DNA from: Trichoplax sp. H2
Taxonomy: Eukaryota
DNA length: 64,000 nucleotides
NCBI GenBank assembly: GCA_003344405.1
Contig: NOWV01000236.1
Coordinates: 1 to 64,000 of the forward strand
Direction of reading: 5' to 3'
Shown: positions 43,075 to 55,382 of the stretch, one piece after another
Position numbering within the stretch: the stretch's first letter is position 1
Layout: every line of letters starts with the position of its first letter
Made by a program: the position numbers and the translations under genes
Notes under the pieces: model-generated
The model's database searches: none
Told to the model about the DNA's origin: nothing
Seen by the model: only the letters and a program-made list of their open reading frames with translations

Positions 43075-44126
43075 TACACTACTGTACAGTACGAACAATG
43101 TGGAGGCTGTTGACGTTACAGTACAGTATTTATCACTGTATCCTTTGGTTTAGTTTTGACTGTTTTAAAGCCAACAGTACAGTACAGTACGCTACACTAC
43201 AGTACGAACAATGTGGAGGCTGGTGACGTTACAGTACTGTACTGTACAGTGCAGTACTGTATTTATCTACGCCATTCTACTGTACGGTGGCTCAATGTGA
43301 GCCTCCGTACTGTACGCATGCGTAGCTTGTTACTGTGCTCCGTATGACATCTTGCATTCTTGCGTATTCCCTTCCATGCTTAGCTTATTACTGTGCTCCG
43401 TATGACATCTTTGCGTATTCCATTGTTTGCTAACAGGGACGTGAGCGTGAAGGACTGTACGCATGCGTACCTTGTTACTGTGCTCCGTATGACATCTTGC
43501 GTATTCCCCTTCCTTGTTTGACAGAGGCCTGAGCATAAAAGTACTGTACGCATGCGTACCTCCTTACTGCGCTCCGTATGACATCTTGCATTTTCCCTTC
43601 CTTATTTGACAGGGACCTGAGCGTAAAAGTACTGTACGCATGCGTACCTTGTTACTGTGTTCCGTATGACATCTTGCGTATTCCCTCCCTTAGAAGGACC
43701 AGAGCGTAAAAGTACTGTACGCACGCGTACAGTGTTACTGTGGTCCGTATGACATCTTGCGTATTCACTTCCTTGTTTAACCAGGGACCTAAGCGTAAAG
43801 GTACTGTCCGCATGCGTAGCTTGTTACTGTGCTCCGTATGACATCTTGCGTATCCCTTCCTTGTTTGATAAGGACCTGAGCGTAAAAGTACTGTACGCAT
43901 CTTGTGAGCCACCGTATTTATCACTGTATCCTTTGGTTTAGTTTTGACTGTTTTAAAGCCAACTGTCATTGGAATGCCTTTAAAAGAAGCCATGTTTACG
44001 AACCAACAGTACTGTACAGTACAGTACAGTGCACTACTGTACACTACAGTACGAACAATGTGGAGGCTGGTGACGTTATAGTACAGTACTGTACAGTACA
44101 GTATTTATCACTGTATCCTTTGGTTT
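43075..44126. repeat. ~110-bp unit repeat (3 copies) interrupted by the 88-bp array element
   Basis: CAGTACGAACAATGTGGAGGCTG(T/G)TGACGTTA at ~43088, 43200 and 44048; GTATTTATCACTGTATCCTTTGGTTT at ~43126, 43914 and 44101. Confidence 0.85.
43283..43916. repeat. Inverted-repeat-bounded tandem array of ~7 x 88-bp units (possible non-autonomous DNA transposon)
   Basis: Units GTACTGTACGCATGCGTACCTTGTTACTGTGCTCCGTATGACATCTTGCG... start near 43307, 43375 (truncated), 43452, 43541, 43629, 43712, 43801 and 43888 (partial). The array is bounded by TACGGTGGCTCA and TGAGCCACCGTA. Confidence 0.85.
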
Positions 44127-44606
44127 GAAATACTGTACTGTACTGTACTGTACAGCACAATAAGTGCTGTACAGTGTTGCTATTAATGAAAGCTTTCTGC
44201 AAGTTCCATACTGTAGCTGTAATGTAATACAGTGATACAGTAGTGTTACTGTCCATTGTCTAATCTTTTCCCTATGGTATTACTGTGCTTTGTACTGTAC
44301 AGTCATTTTACTGTACACTGTACTGTACACTGTACACTGTACAGTACAGTACAGTATAGCACGCACGGTATCCGTTTTGCATTACGGTATACGCAAGTAC
44401 AGTATCGTACTGTATGCCCGTGGCCGTGTGCCGTTTCACGTGATACTACCGTAACTACTACGCCTGGTATCAAAAATCCAGACAGCGCAGTGTCAACAGG
44501 CGGCTACAAATCCGTCTAATAGGTTACGAAATAGCTAGCTCTGCCATATCAAAATTGCTGTATCCAATCTAATTTATAGCAAGAGAAACTTATCGACGAC
44601 ACCACC

Positions 44607-47600
44607 ATGACCTTAGGTAATAACACATTATCTGCTAATATTCTAATAATGTTGTGCTATTCGAATAATTTGAAAGTGATTAGCTTTCAACTGCTGAAAT
44701 CAATCAATTACAAGCCAAACGAACAATTTCTGCATGAATAACATACGCATACATTAAATAATTGGTAATTTGAAAATGAATCATTAGGCACAGGAGGTTA
44801 ACACGGCTTATCCCTTGCTTTATGACGTCGCGTCTTACTGGCTAGTAGTTAGTTTATGCAAACTGTGTATCATCTCTGCATGTACTGTACATTATTAGAG
44901 ATTACTTTGCTAGCCTTCCATGTCGATCAATGTAAAAAAAACGCTGTAACCTACAAGTATCAAAGTAGTTTACTCTGCGCATATGCGTCATCAATGCATG
45001 AAGTTCCTGTGCTACTAAATTTGTGTAATACTCGTATATATGTATATATATGTTATACACTAACACTATTCCTGCTATTTTGCTGTAGCATACTCTAGAT
45101 TTTTCAGCTAAATAAAAACAATGATACAACTTAAGATAGAAGATGGCAAGATATCCTTCATTTCCGGTGTCAAATGTAGTACTGTATGAGTCATTGATTT
45201 ATACTGTACAAATCCACCTACTGTACTGTTAGAACCATGTACCCACCTCAACATCCATCTGATGTTCGTTGTAGCTTGAGGTGTTAAAGTAAAACCTCCT
45301 CAGTGTTCTTCCCAATCTCTTCTTCCATTACTTTTACGTGATTGTAATTCTGTCATTTTGTTTGTTGATAATCTCTAAGCTATTAACTATAATTATTGTA
45401 TCAATCTTACATTGATTGAACCTATTAGACGCTAGTCCTATCGATTTAACAACGGCCGTAATTGCGGTTGGGTTGATTGGATTCGTACTTCATCTTAGAT
45501 CGCTTGGCATGGAGTATCTTGTCATCAAGTATCGCTATGTTTTTGTCATTCTATTCCTCCTGCCTGCTTCCTTCTTCTTCGATATCTATTTCTTTATTCG
45601 CAACAAGATAATTTTTGCCATGAGAAGCGCTCCTAAACAACATCAATCGAGAGTCGAAAATGTCCAAAATCAGATTAAGCAATGGCAAAACTCACAACCA
45701 CGTAAGAAAATGTGTACTGCTAGACCTGGCTGGATGAATGTTTCTTTAAGGCCTGGGCAATATAAGAAAAGATCTCATCAAATTGCAGTAAATTTGGTAG
45801 ATATATTAAATATAGACACCAAACGTCAAACTATCACCGTAGAACCGTTAGCTACCATGGGGCAAATTAGCGCAACGCTTAATCCTCTAGGTTGGACTTT
45901 GGCTGTGTTACCTGAACTCGATGATTTAACAGTAGGTGAGCACTGATAAATATTTATTAGCACTCTATAACTGCAACTTCAACATTACAAAAGTATGTAG
46001 CAAAGGCTACATACTACATGCCACATTTCAAATCATGAGCTAAATGATATACCTGAACAGGTGGTCTGATTATGGGCACTGGGGTTGAAAGTTCCTCTCA
46101 TGTTCATGGATTATTTCAACATATTTGTGTATCGTATGAGCTTGTGCTTAGTGATGGTCGTGTGGTCGTTGCTAATGAGGTATGCAAAATAAGGAGTGAG
46201 GATACATATTGTATACTACATAATATCTTTTACTTTAAAGGTTAATAGCTTACACTTTATACTGTAAGAGAGATTCTCACTTTGCATATAATCACTTGTA
46301 GAAGGAGAATTCTGATCTATTCTATGCTGTACCCTGGTCGTATGGAACGCTAGGCTTTCTTGTAAGCGCAGAAATCAAAATTGTACCTGCAAAGAAATAT
46401 GTCAAGCTGAATTATCAACCTAGTCATAGCCGCGGTGAAAGCATAAAGTTATTTGAAGAGGCATCCAATGATGAAACTAACGATTTTGTGGAGGGGTTGA
46501 TGTATAGTTCTGAAGAGGCAGTTATTATGACTGGGACCATGACCGACAATGTAGAACCAGACAAAGTGAGCATTCTCAATTCATATTAATTATTAATATA
46601 TCTCAGTTACAGTATTACAATCTACTGTCGAACCAAGGCTATCTTATTCAACCATGAGATATGACTACTGTATTATTCTTGATTTTATGAGATAAGCAAC
46701 AGTTTTCTATAAATATAATGGTTGTGTGTTCGATATAGCTAATAATATTTAAACTTTGTAAAGATGAGCTATTCTTCGCAACATTGTATATGTAGATTAA
46801 CCGTATTGGCGATTATTGGAAACCATGGTTTTATAAATATGTTGAAAATATTTTGCGCGGAGGGCCCAAGACGGAATATATTCCTTTACGACATTATTAT
46901 CATCGACACAGTCGTAGTATTTTCTGGGAGATACAGGCATGATGATATCAGCAGTTCTTGTATAGGACTGTAGTTGAGATACTTTAAATTTGCCATAGTA
47001 ATTGGCTTAATTTATTTCATTGCAGTTAACCAACGATAGGTATTCTAACTAGTTTACGATATACATGTTCTATAGGATATTATTCCATTTGGTAACAACG
47101 TAATTTTTCGCTATCTTTTTGGTTGGATGACACCTCCAAAAATTTCTTTATTAAAATTAACCCAAACCGAAGCAATTAAAAAACTGTATGAGAAACACCA
47201 AATTGTTCAAGACATGCTTGTACCGATGCAACGTCTCAACGAGTCGTTAGACGTATTTCAAAAAGAATTTCAAGTAAGTTAATTAGTGTTGATACTAAAT
47301 ATATATATTAAACTGTAGTACTAAGAATTAATTGATAGCTTTGGCGCAGTTAGGGCTTAAAATTTTTAAGCAAAGCCTAACTGAAAACACTGATAGTTAC
47401 GTTTATGCCTTGCTATCGCTCTAACACGGCAGAACTATACAATTGGCACAGTAATTGACATATTAACATTAATAAACCTTCAGTCATTGTAGTTGACTAT
47501 TTAGTCTCTCATTTACATATGGTAAAGCAAATGATAGCTAGTAGCTCTCAGCAATCCGATGGAAGCAAATAACTCGCTATAACGCATTGGTATTCGTATA

Positions 47601-48040
47601 TTATATATTTTTATTTCAGAATTATCCGTTATGGCTTTGTCCTATGAAATTATATAAAGTTCCTGGATTCGTCAAACCGGTATCTAAGGTGGAAGAAATG
47701 TATGTTGATATAGGAGCTTACGGTGAGCCTAAAGTTGAAAATTTCGTCGCAAAAGAAACTATCCGAAGAATTGAACATTTTGTTACGAGTGTTAAAGGGT
47801 AAAATCTTTTAAAGTACTGTATTTTAATAAACTTGCTCGTCCCGTAAACTTCAATTAAAGCATTCTAATATTTATCTCAGATTTCAAATGCTATATGCGG
47901 ATTCGTACATGACCAGAGAAGAATTTTACAAGATGTTTGATCACACGTTGTATAATAAGTTAAGAGATAGCATTCCAAACTGCAAGGATGCTTTTTCAGA
48001 AATATACGATAAAGTGTCATTTGCAGCGAGAAATACATGA
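44607..48040 (+). CDS. DHCR24: Delta(24)-sterol reductase, 8 coding exons
   Basis: Exons 44607-44616, 45429-45935, 46061-46179, 46302-46565, 46796-46936, 47076-47273, 47620-47798 and 47881-48040 join in frame. Motifs include [64 protein letters not shown] and YPLWLCP. Confidence 0.95.
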
Positions 48041-49177
48041 AGATCATCATATTGCTGTTATACCAATATAATTTAAAGTAAACCCGATTATATAATTATT
48101 GTTAATGCAGTTATGCCAATATTTGCTTTCTTTTCTTATTTGACTCGCTTAACAGCTATTATAGACCGGTATTACGACGTGACTTGTAAAATAGTTGGAG
48201 TTCACGAACATGTAACAGCGACTGATAGTTTGTATTAGAAATTTGAAAGAAATAGAATTATTCAATACTGCGATAAAATGTAATAAAAATATCAAGAGCC
48301 AATAGCTCACGGTTGTACTGATCTGTCTGCACGGAATTTCGAGCCAAATTTAAAGTACATTTCTTCACAATTTAAAGACATAATTTAAGGCAACACCATA
48401 GCTTAACATACAGTATTCAACCATTTTAGAGGGCTCACCACGCCCCTGTAATAGTGGTCTATAGCTATTAGAATTGTTTGGACTTACCTAGACATTTGGA
48501 AAATTGTAGTGTAAAATAAATATTCATTTTGTTAAGTAGTTATTGACTGGTAATTGAATATTGGTAAATGTCAGTGTGAGGATCCATATTACAAAATTTT
48601 AGGCCGTATTCCCCATATAAACTTAAGGGATACCTTGATTATTGAAAAATGATACTGTAGACTATATAATTAAGATAAAATCGCGGGATAAGTCACGTTA
48701 CCATTTTATTTATTGTATGCGTTTAAGGCTTTGAATTTAGAAATTAGTTTATGTACTCTAATTTGCATAACATTTGCAAAAAATAATCCTAATCCCGATC
48801 AAATCACTTTAAAATAAAGAAAATTTAATGACTAGTACTTTTATGGTTGTAGTATCCAAAAAAATGCCCGAGCATTTACAGCTACCACCTGGCATTACGC
48901 TTGACTTAACTAAAGAAGAAGACGAAGGTACATACCAACAAATACGCATAAAGTATACATTATTAAACGTTCAATCTTTTTGTAACAATTACTACATACT
49001 CGTGTGTAAATTGATAATTCAACCTTCCTAGATACACTGGAAGCTTAATTACATTAAACGATATCATTACATCTATTTTGTGCACCTTCTGTATGCACTT
49101 TCCTGCAATGTACAAAGTCTTTCATGCATGAGATCATAAATACCACAAATATTTTCAGCTCTATACTTAAAATAGAA

Positions 49178-52100
49178 TTAGAGTGATCTAGTGCGAACAT
49201 CGATGGCTTGTTGCAGTTGTTTGATTAGATCCGAATTTCGAGACTAAATAATCAAAATTTAAAAAAATGTATATTATAATTTATGTGTACTTTGATAACT
49301 CCAGTATCTGGTACTATTGATGCTGTGTTACCTGAATTAAATAGATACAAACTTCAGAGTTCATATCATATGCCGTAAAACGTAGTGATGTACTATTCGC
49401 TTTTTCAGCTTTCATCTTCGGCCATACTTTTGTATTAAGAATAACTCGATGGGTAGCGTTAGCCCTAATAACTAGTACAAAAGGGTACATTAAGAACAAA
49501 TGAAATTAACATTGGTCCACCATTTTCGTAGCAATAGCTTATATCTTTCATAAGAAAATGTACCTATTCGAGATTGCAATACTTCATTATCTGGCGATTT
49601 TGAATCATTTAAATGTAAAATTCCTCTGCCACATTCTTGCCATACTTTCGAAGATGGTACAAACTTATATAATTGACAAGGCATCTAATAATAAGAGTAC
49701 AAAAAAGTGAAAAAAACTTCTGACAACAGCATAGTCTAATTTCAATATGTAAAGACCAATACCTCTATCATTTGTGTTTCGTGTTCTTCGCCAGTGACCA
49801 CTGGAACTTCTTCATATTTTCTATCGAGTTTCGTACTTCCAATTGGCAGAGATTTCTCAAAACTGGAACTGCTAGGTTCTACATATTCAACCATAGTCGA
49901 GCATTACTACGTTAGAGTGTACAGTATCTAATAAATAACAATAATTCGACAGATTCTTCTTCAACATTTGCACGTAATGTAAAAAGAAGCTATGTGTTAC
50001 CGTTCTTTTCTGCATCGTCTTTGCTACTTTCCTGAACCTCAGTGCTAATTTTCTGTGTTTTTTCCGGGTCTGATTCTTCCGTAATCTTTATAGATGTAAA
50101 CAATGCATTATTGTATATAAGTAAATTGGGATAATATCAACATCATGCATTTGCCGCTATAACTTTCTAATTCCTACGTCTCATACTTTGGTATCGGATT
50201 TCGATGGATTATTTTCACTAGTTTCGCTTTTTGAGTTCGCATTTTGGGAATCATTTTTTTTTAGAAACTTCTGAAAAATGTTTTCTTTTGTTATATCATC
50301 ACCATTTAAAGCAAAATTGTCGCCCTTTGTTGGTAGATTATCATTATCCTGGTTACTGCTAGAACTCTTCACACTCTCACTATGGCAACTCATGAATGAG
50401 AATGGTTGCTTGATATTCTGCAATAAAATTAGTTTTTTATATAATTAAACACATAATAATTGTAAATTTATAAAATTTGTATCCATATTTAGTAAAATTT
50501 TTTAACATACCAATGCTTCTTTCCATGCAGAGCCACCGAAGGAACTGGATGATTCGCCTACAAGAATAGTTATCAACATTAGTAGGTAGTAACGAAGTAA
50601 TGTGCAGTTGCATAAAGCTTATTACTAAAGCAAACTTTCATATAATTTTACTAACTGCAATGAGTAAAAGTACATCACTGATAAGCAACAGTATTATAAA
50701 TTTAAGTTTACAAAAACATCATTAGCATATACTTGTTAAGTTAGTAAATTGCATAACAGGAATAGCTGCTGGTTTTAGTCGGGATGGAGCGAAGAAACCA
50801 CTCGCCATATCAGATCCTACGATTTGCATAAGGATAAACTTAGCAGTATCCGTTAAGTGTGATCAGAAATGTTGAAAATTGTGTTTAAAGTATTTACCGC
50901 AGTATGTTAACTTAGTACGATAATATAGGTGCAAAAATAAAATCACTAATGTAATAGAGGCTACTAAATTAATTAAAAACATTATCATCAAATACTGTTA
51001 GCTAGTAGGCTAACTCCGTTAATAAAAGTTTAATCGTAAATTTCTAATGTAATCATGTCATAATGATATGTCAGCAAGCTATAGTCAATATTTTATACCT
51101 ATCGCATAAACTTCTTTTTCTTTTATAACATTTAAAGCATTTAAAGATATTAGATATTTTATAGGATTAAGAAAAGATAATACGCAAATGATGGTGTACC
51201 ACTGATGTAATTATCAAATCCTTACCAGTTTCACCTTCGTCAGGCGAAGTTTTCTTACGTTTACATTCTAAACATCCAAAAAAGATAGCATTAATATTAA
51301 TAATAATGCATTGCCGTCCATAACTCGGTATTATCACGTAAATGGTGAACACTTAAGTACGTCTAATAAAAAAAAATTGTAATATTCTGTATTCTGTGAA
51401 GTAAACATCACAGGACCTTCCGTCTCTTGGTTGTTTTCTATAAAATGATCACGACCTTATTATTAGAAAGTAAATATTATATCTCAACCAAATCAAAGAT
51501 CCATTTGGTTGTTAAACATTTTTACTTTGTTTATCTATTTGTTAAGACTAGTCGCACCTTTTACTTCTTCTTCTTCTTCAAGTTTTCGCTGCATATATAT
51601 TGGTCCGCATTTGCAAAAGTAGGTAATTAAATTAAAACGATAATAATTTATTAATTTTTCTCAAAATTTTACATTACTTTGAACTTAACCACTGTGAGAA
51701 GAGTATACTCCTACATCCCGTAAATGGCTATTTATATCGTAGGCATGAAATTTCTTCGCATTACTATTTCATGAATTTGTGCACAAATTTACAATTGTAT
51801 GGCGTGATAGTATTATCATAACAGTACTGACATATTCATGTTGTAGACAGTCTATAGTAGCACAACGACACTCAGTCAAACAATTATCCATTTGATTTGT
51901 GTTATCCTCAGAATCCTATGAGCTTATGGATTACAAATTTACTTCAATTTATTATACAGTATTTCAGCAACTTTGTAAAATGAAGTTTTACGGTTCACAA
52001 GTCTAAAGACTGCGGTATACAGTACGTTCCCACTTACAGTTAGTCAACGATCACTAACTTACTTCAGTCCAATAGTAAGAATGTTGGATTGTTAAAGTCA

Positions 52101-53432
52101 AAGCTAATACTGCACATCGTTTGCTATCATGCTGTATCTAGAGCATAGTGCATAAAAAGAGCACCTACCCGTAGATATCTGAAGATCCATACAAAGTACA
52201 AAAATTTAAAATTTATAATAGTATTATAATATAATTATCGAATTTTTGTATACTAACATGAAGGACTATTATGTGTATAGTTGAAGGTACGAGTACGTTC
52301 TAATTCATCGAATACGCTAATTTTAAAGTTGAGTTGCATGACGAGAAAGAGAAAGGTTGAGAACTTTACGGTATACTGTACAGTCTCTCGCAAATGAAGA
52401 AAAAATTACTCATTGTATAGCTAACGATCACTGCTATGCAAGTTTCCTTTTATGTATAGTAAGTTTAAGCATATATGATACAGCTACGCCAGTAAAATTG
52501 ACCATCCAAATCAGGCATTAATTAGTTGGGAATAATTTTTGAACAAAGTGTTTATTCAGAGATTCTTACCTTTCCGACGTGATCTTCATTCGACTCCGCT
52601 ACTAAAAATGATAGTACATTTTTAGAGAATATTTTTAAATATCCTTGTATTTATAAATTGTGTATACTATATAGTACATCCAAACAATGAAACATGAAAA
52701 TGATATTTGATCTCAGCTTAACGAGCATTTAGGTAGGAACTGTAGTCACAAAGCGCATCATTTCAAGGGATTACGTAGTAAACTACTATACCGTGCTGTC
52801 CATTTACAATAAATTTATACAGTATAATGGCTGGAATGAAACGCGCTGGACATATCATTATCAATGCAAGTTCAGTGAATAGAATTTTATTCTACTACTA
52901 CAACTTTTCAATAATAGGAAATGGTACTATTGGACAGACAAGATGTAAACGCATATTCTATGATTCAAAGCATTGCTACCCAAGCTAGAAGCGCTATTTT
53001 TCCGGCTGTACTATACACAGGACGAATGCTTTGATCTTACAGCCAAGCAGTAAAGAGCCAGTACAATAGATACATACTACAGTCCATTAATTGGTAAATT
53101 GAGGTTTTCTAGAATCTTTTACTCTTTCATAGTCATAAAAGAGTACAGCAATAGCATCAGCAATGCCAATTGAGACGATATATTAGTGTAGAATCAATCA
53201 ATTTCACTGTTGTTTGTGCTTTAATTTAATATGCTGAAAAGAGGTTACCATCTATCGATCTACTTCATAGATGGTAATGTGGTGCAGTGCTAGCGTACGC
53301 ACTAGACACATCTAGAACAATCTTACGGTGAATATTCCAAGCCATTAAATAATCTAATCTGCAACGATCTTCATCATTAATATACTACATACCTTCAGCT
53401 CTATCCTCTACTTTCTCGACCTCGTCTGACAT
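49178..53432 (-). CDS. RANBP3: Ran-binding protein 3-like (C-terminal RanBD), multi-exon
   Basis: C-terminal exons splice to EVPVVTGEEHE...CQLYKF...WQECGRGILHLND...QSRIVIRANATHRVILNTKVW. The N-terminus is a chain of small phase-compatible exons from ATG 53432, including the basic KRKK; these 5' exons are less certain. Confidence 0.82.
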
Positions 53433-53517
53433 TTTATCAAGGAAATTTTTTACTTTCAATTGCGAGCCTCGTCGTATAGCTCCTGGACATAAACACACTG
53501 TGTATGAATAAGAAGCA

Positions 53518-54155
53518 AATTGCCTTAATTGCCTTTCCTGTACAATGGTAAGACTAACTGCTGTAGCTTGCGAGTCGCGCTTTTATTTACTGCCGGACAG
53601 ACTACGGTACAATCTTGGACTCTTCCACTATCCCAGCTTCACATGTAATGTACAGTTCAGTATCATGCAATATGATATGTATGAGTACATTAGTAGTGGA
53701 ATTGCCTTAATTGTCTTTCCTGTACAATGGCAAGACTTAGATCTGAGTGTACAGTACTGTACTGTACAATGGCAAGACTTACAGTACAGTACTGTAGACC
53801 TGAGTGTACAGTACTGTACAGTACAATGGTAAGACTACTGTACTACTGTAGCTTGCGAGTCGCGCTTTTATTTACTGCCGGACAGACTACCGTACAATCT
53901 TGGACTCCTCCACTATCCCAGCTTCACATGTAATGTACAGTTCAGTATCATGCAATATGATATGTATGAGTACATTAGTAGTGGAATTGCCTTTCCTGTA
54001 CAATAGTAAGACTACTACTGTTAGCTTGCGCGTCGTGCTTTTACTTACTGCCGGACAGATTACGGTACAATCTTGGACTCCTCCACTACCCCAGCTTCAC
54101 ATGTAATGTACAGTTCAGTATCATACAATATTCTATGTATGAGTACATTAGTAGT
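53518..54155. repeat. Three tandem ~170-180-bp units directly upstream of RANBP3
   Basis: AATTGCC...TGTACAATGGTAAGACT...GCTTGCGAGTCGCGC...CCCAGCTTCACATGTAATGTACAG...GAGTACATTAGTAGT at ~53518, 53700 (with internal sub-repeats) and 53985. Confidence 0.9.
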
Positions 54156-55382
54156 ACTAGATGAGTTACTGGAATACAGTAACGGCGGGCAACGTCAGAT
54201 TGCTATGGCCAGGCGCGAATCCGTACAGTGTACAGTACACAGTCTACAGTACAGCACTGTACAGTACTACTGTACTGAAGCAAACAATCGACAGGTGTAC
54301 AGTACAATCCTAAGTAATCTTAAGCATTCAAACGATGACGTAAACACCAAGTATTTTTTTTTTTAATATTAACAGCAAATATAATATTTTAACTGCATTA
54401 AAGACACATTATGAAAGGGATAGAGAAAGGTGTAAAAGAGCTTTTCTCCATTTTATCCTAACTCAAAAGCAAACCGCGCGAGCTAGGATAGCAATTTAAA
54501 GTTGCAACAGACTCTCCTTTTGAAAGAGTCAGATTTACACCATTTAAAAGAAAGTTTGACCTCACTGTACTTCTGCAGCGGAGCAGATACCTTACTGGCA
54601 AAGTATCTAGCGGCAAAGTATCTAGTAATTCTTGACAGTTGCAATGTTTTAATATTTCTCTACAGTACAAACTACAAATACCAATAAATGCACCATAATT
54701 TACAAGGATATGCAGTCAATTTTCCTTGACTATACTCTAGCATCAGATAGAGTTTGGCAATTTCCATTTGCTGGAGAAAAAAAATTTCGAAATCATTATG
54801 AAGATAGAGTTGATTTGCTTTCTAGAGCAATGCACAGAAAATTACTGCGCAGTTTATTACACTTGAATAATGTATATCGATTTCAATCTTCTTCCGTGAA
54901 TCACTTTTGAAGCGATCAGCCAATGAAGATATGTTGTACATAAACTAACTGTTCTTCATCTCGAGCGCAACAGAGCAAGAAGTTCACAATACAGTAGACC
55001 CATGCCATAAAATAAGATACAGTTACAGTAGTAAATCACTGTACCACCGAAATTACGATATGACAGTATCAGAAAAGCGATTTAAAAGTACAGTGATGTC
55101 TCATACGCAGAACAGGATAATATACAGTACAGTCATAAGAATCTCTTAACGCTTGATAAGCAATTCAAGTGTGTTAATAACTTTACACAACTCATCATTC
55201 TTTCTTGGAAAACTAAAAAGAGGGCAGAATTTGGTATTATCAATAATTTAGTAATCTACAGTATTTACAGTAAGGTATCAGATCAGATAGATATAGATTA
55301 ATAAACAATCCTCGTCCAATTTCAATGAAAGGATCCTTATTGGTAGTTACATAATTCTATCCAGCCTTCTCCTAATGAAAAA

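Noticed and set aside
43307..43900. CRISPR-like array
   Set aside because: The variable parts are diverged copies of one another rather than unique spacers; there are no cas genes and the context is eukaryotic.
43156..44519. Short ORFs rich in YSTV/TVQYC (also 53545-54366 and 58217-58635)
   Set aside because: These are translations of the ACAGT tracts and tandem repeats.
46939..47075. C/D-box snoRNA in the DHCR24 intron (ATGATGA)
   Set aside because: No D box (CTGA) or terminal stem, and the motif overlaps the splice donor.
54458..54910. Short ORFs between RANBP3 and METTL4
   Set aside because: No recognisable motifs or consistent splice structure; likely UTR or intergenic.
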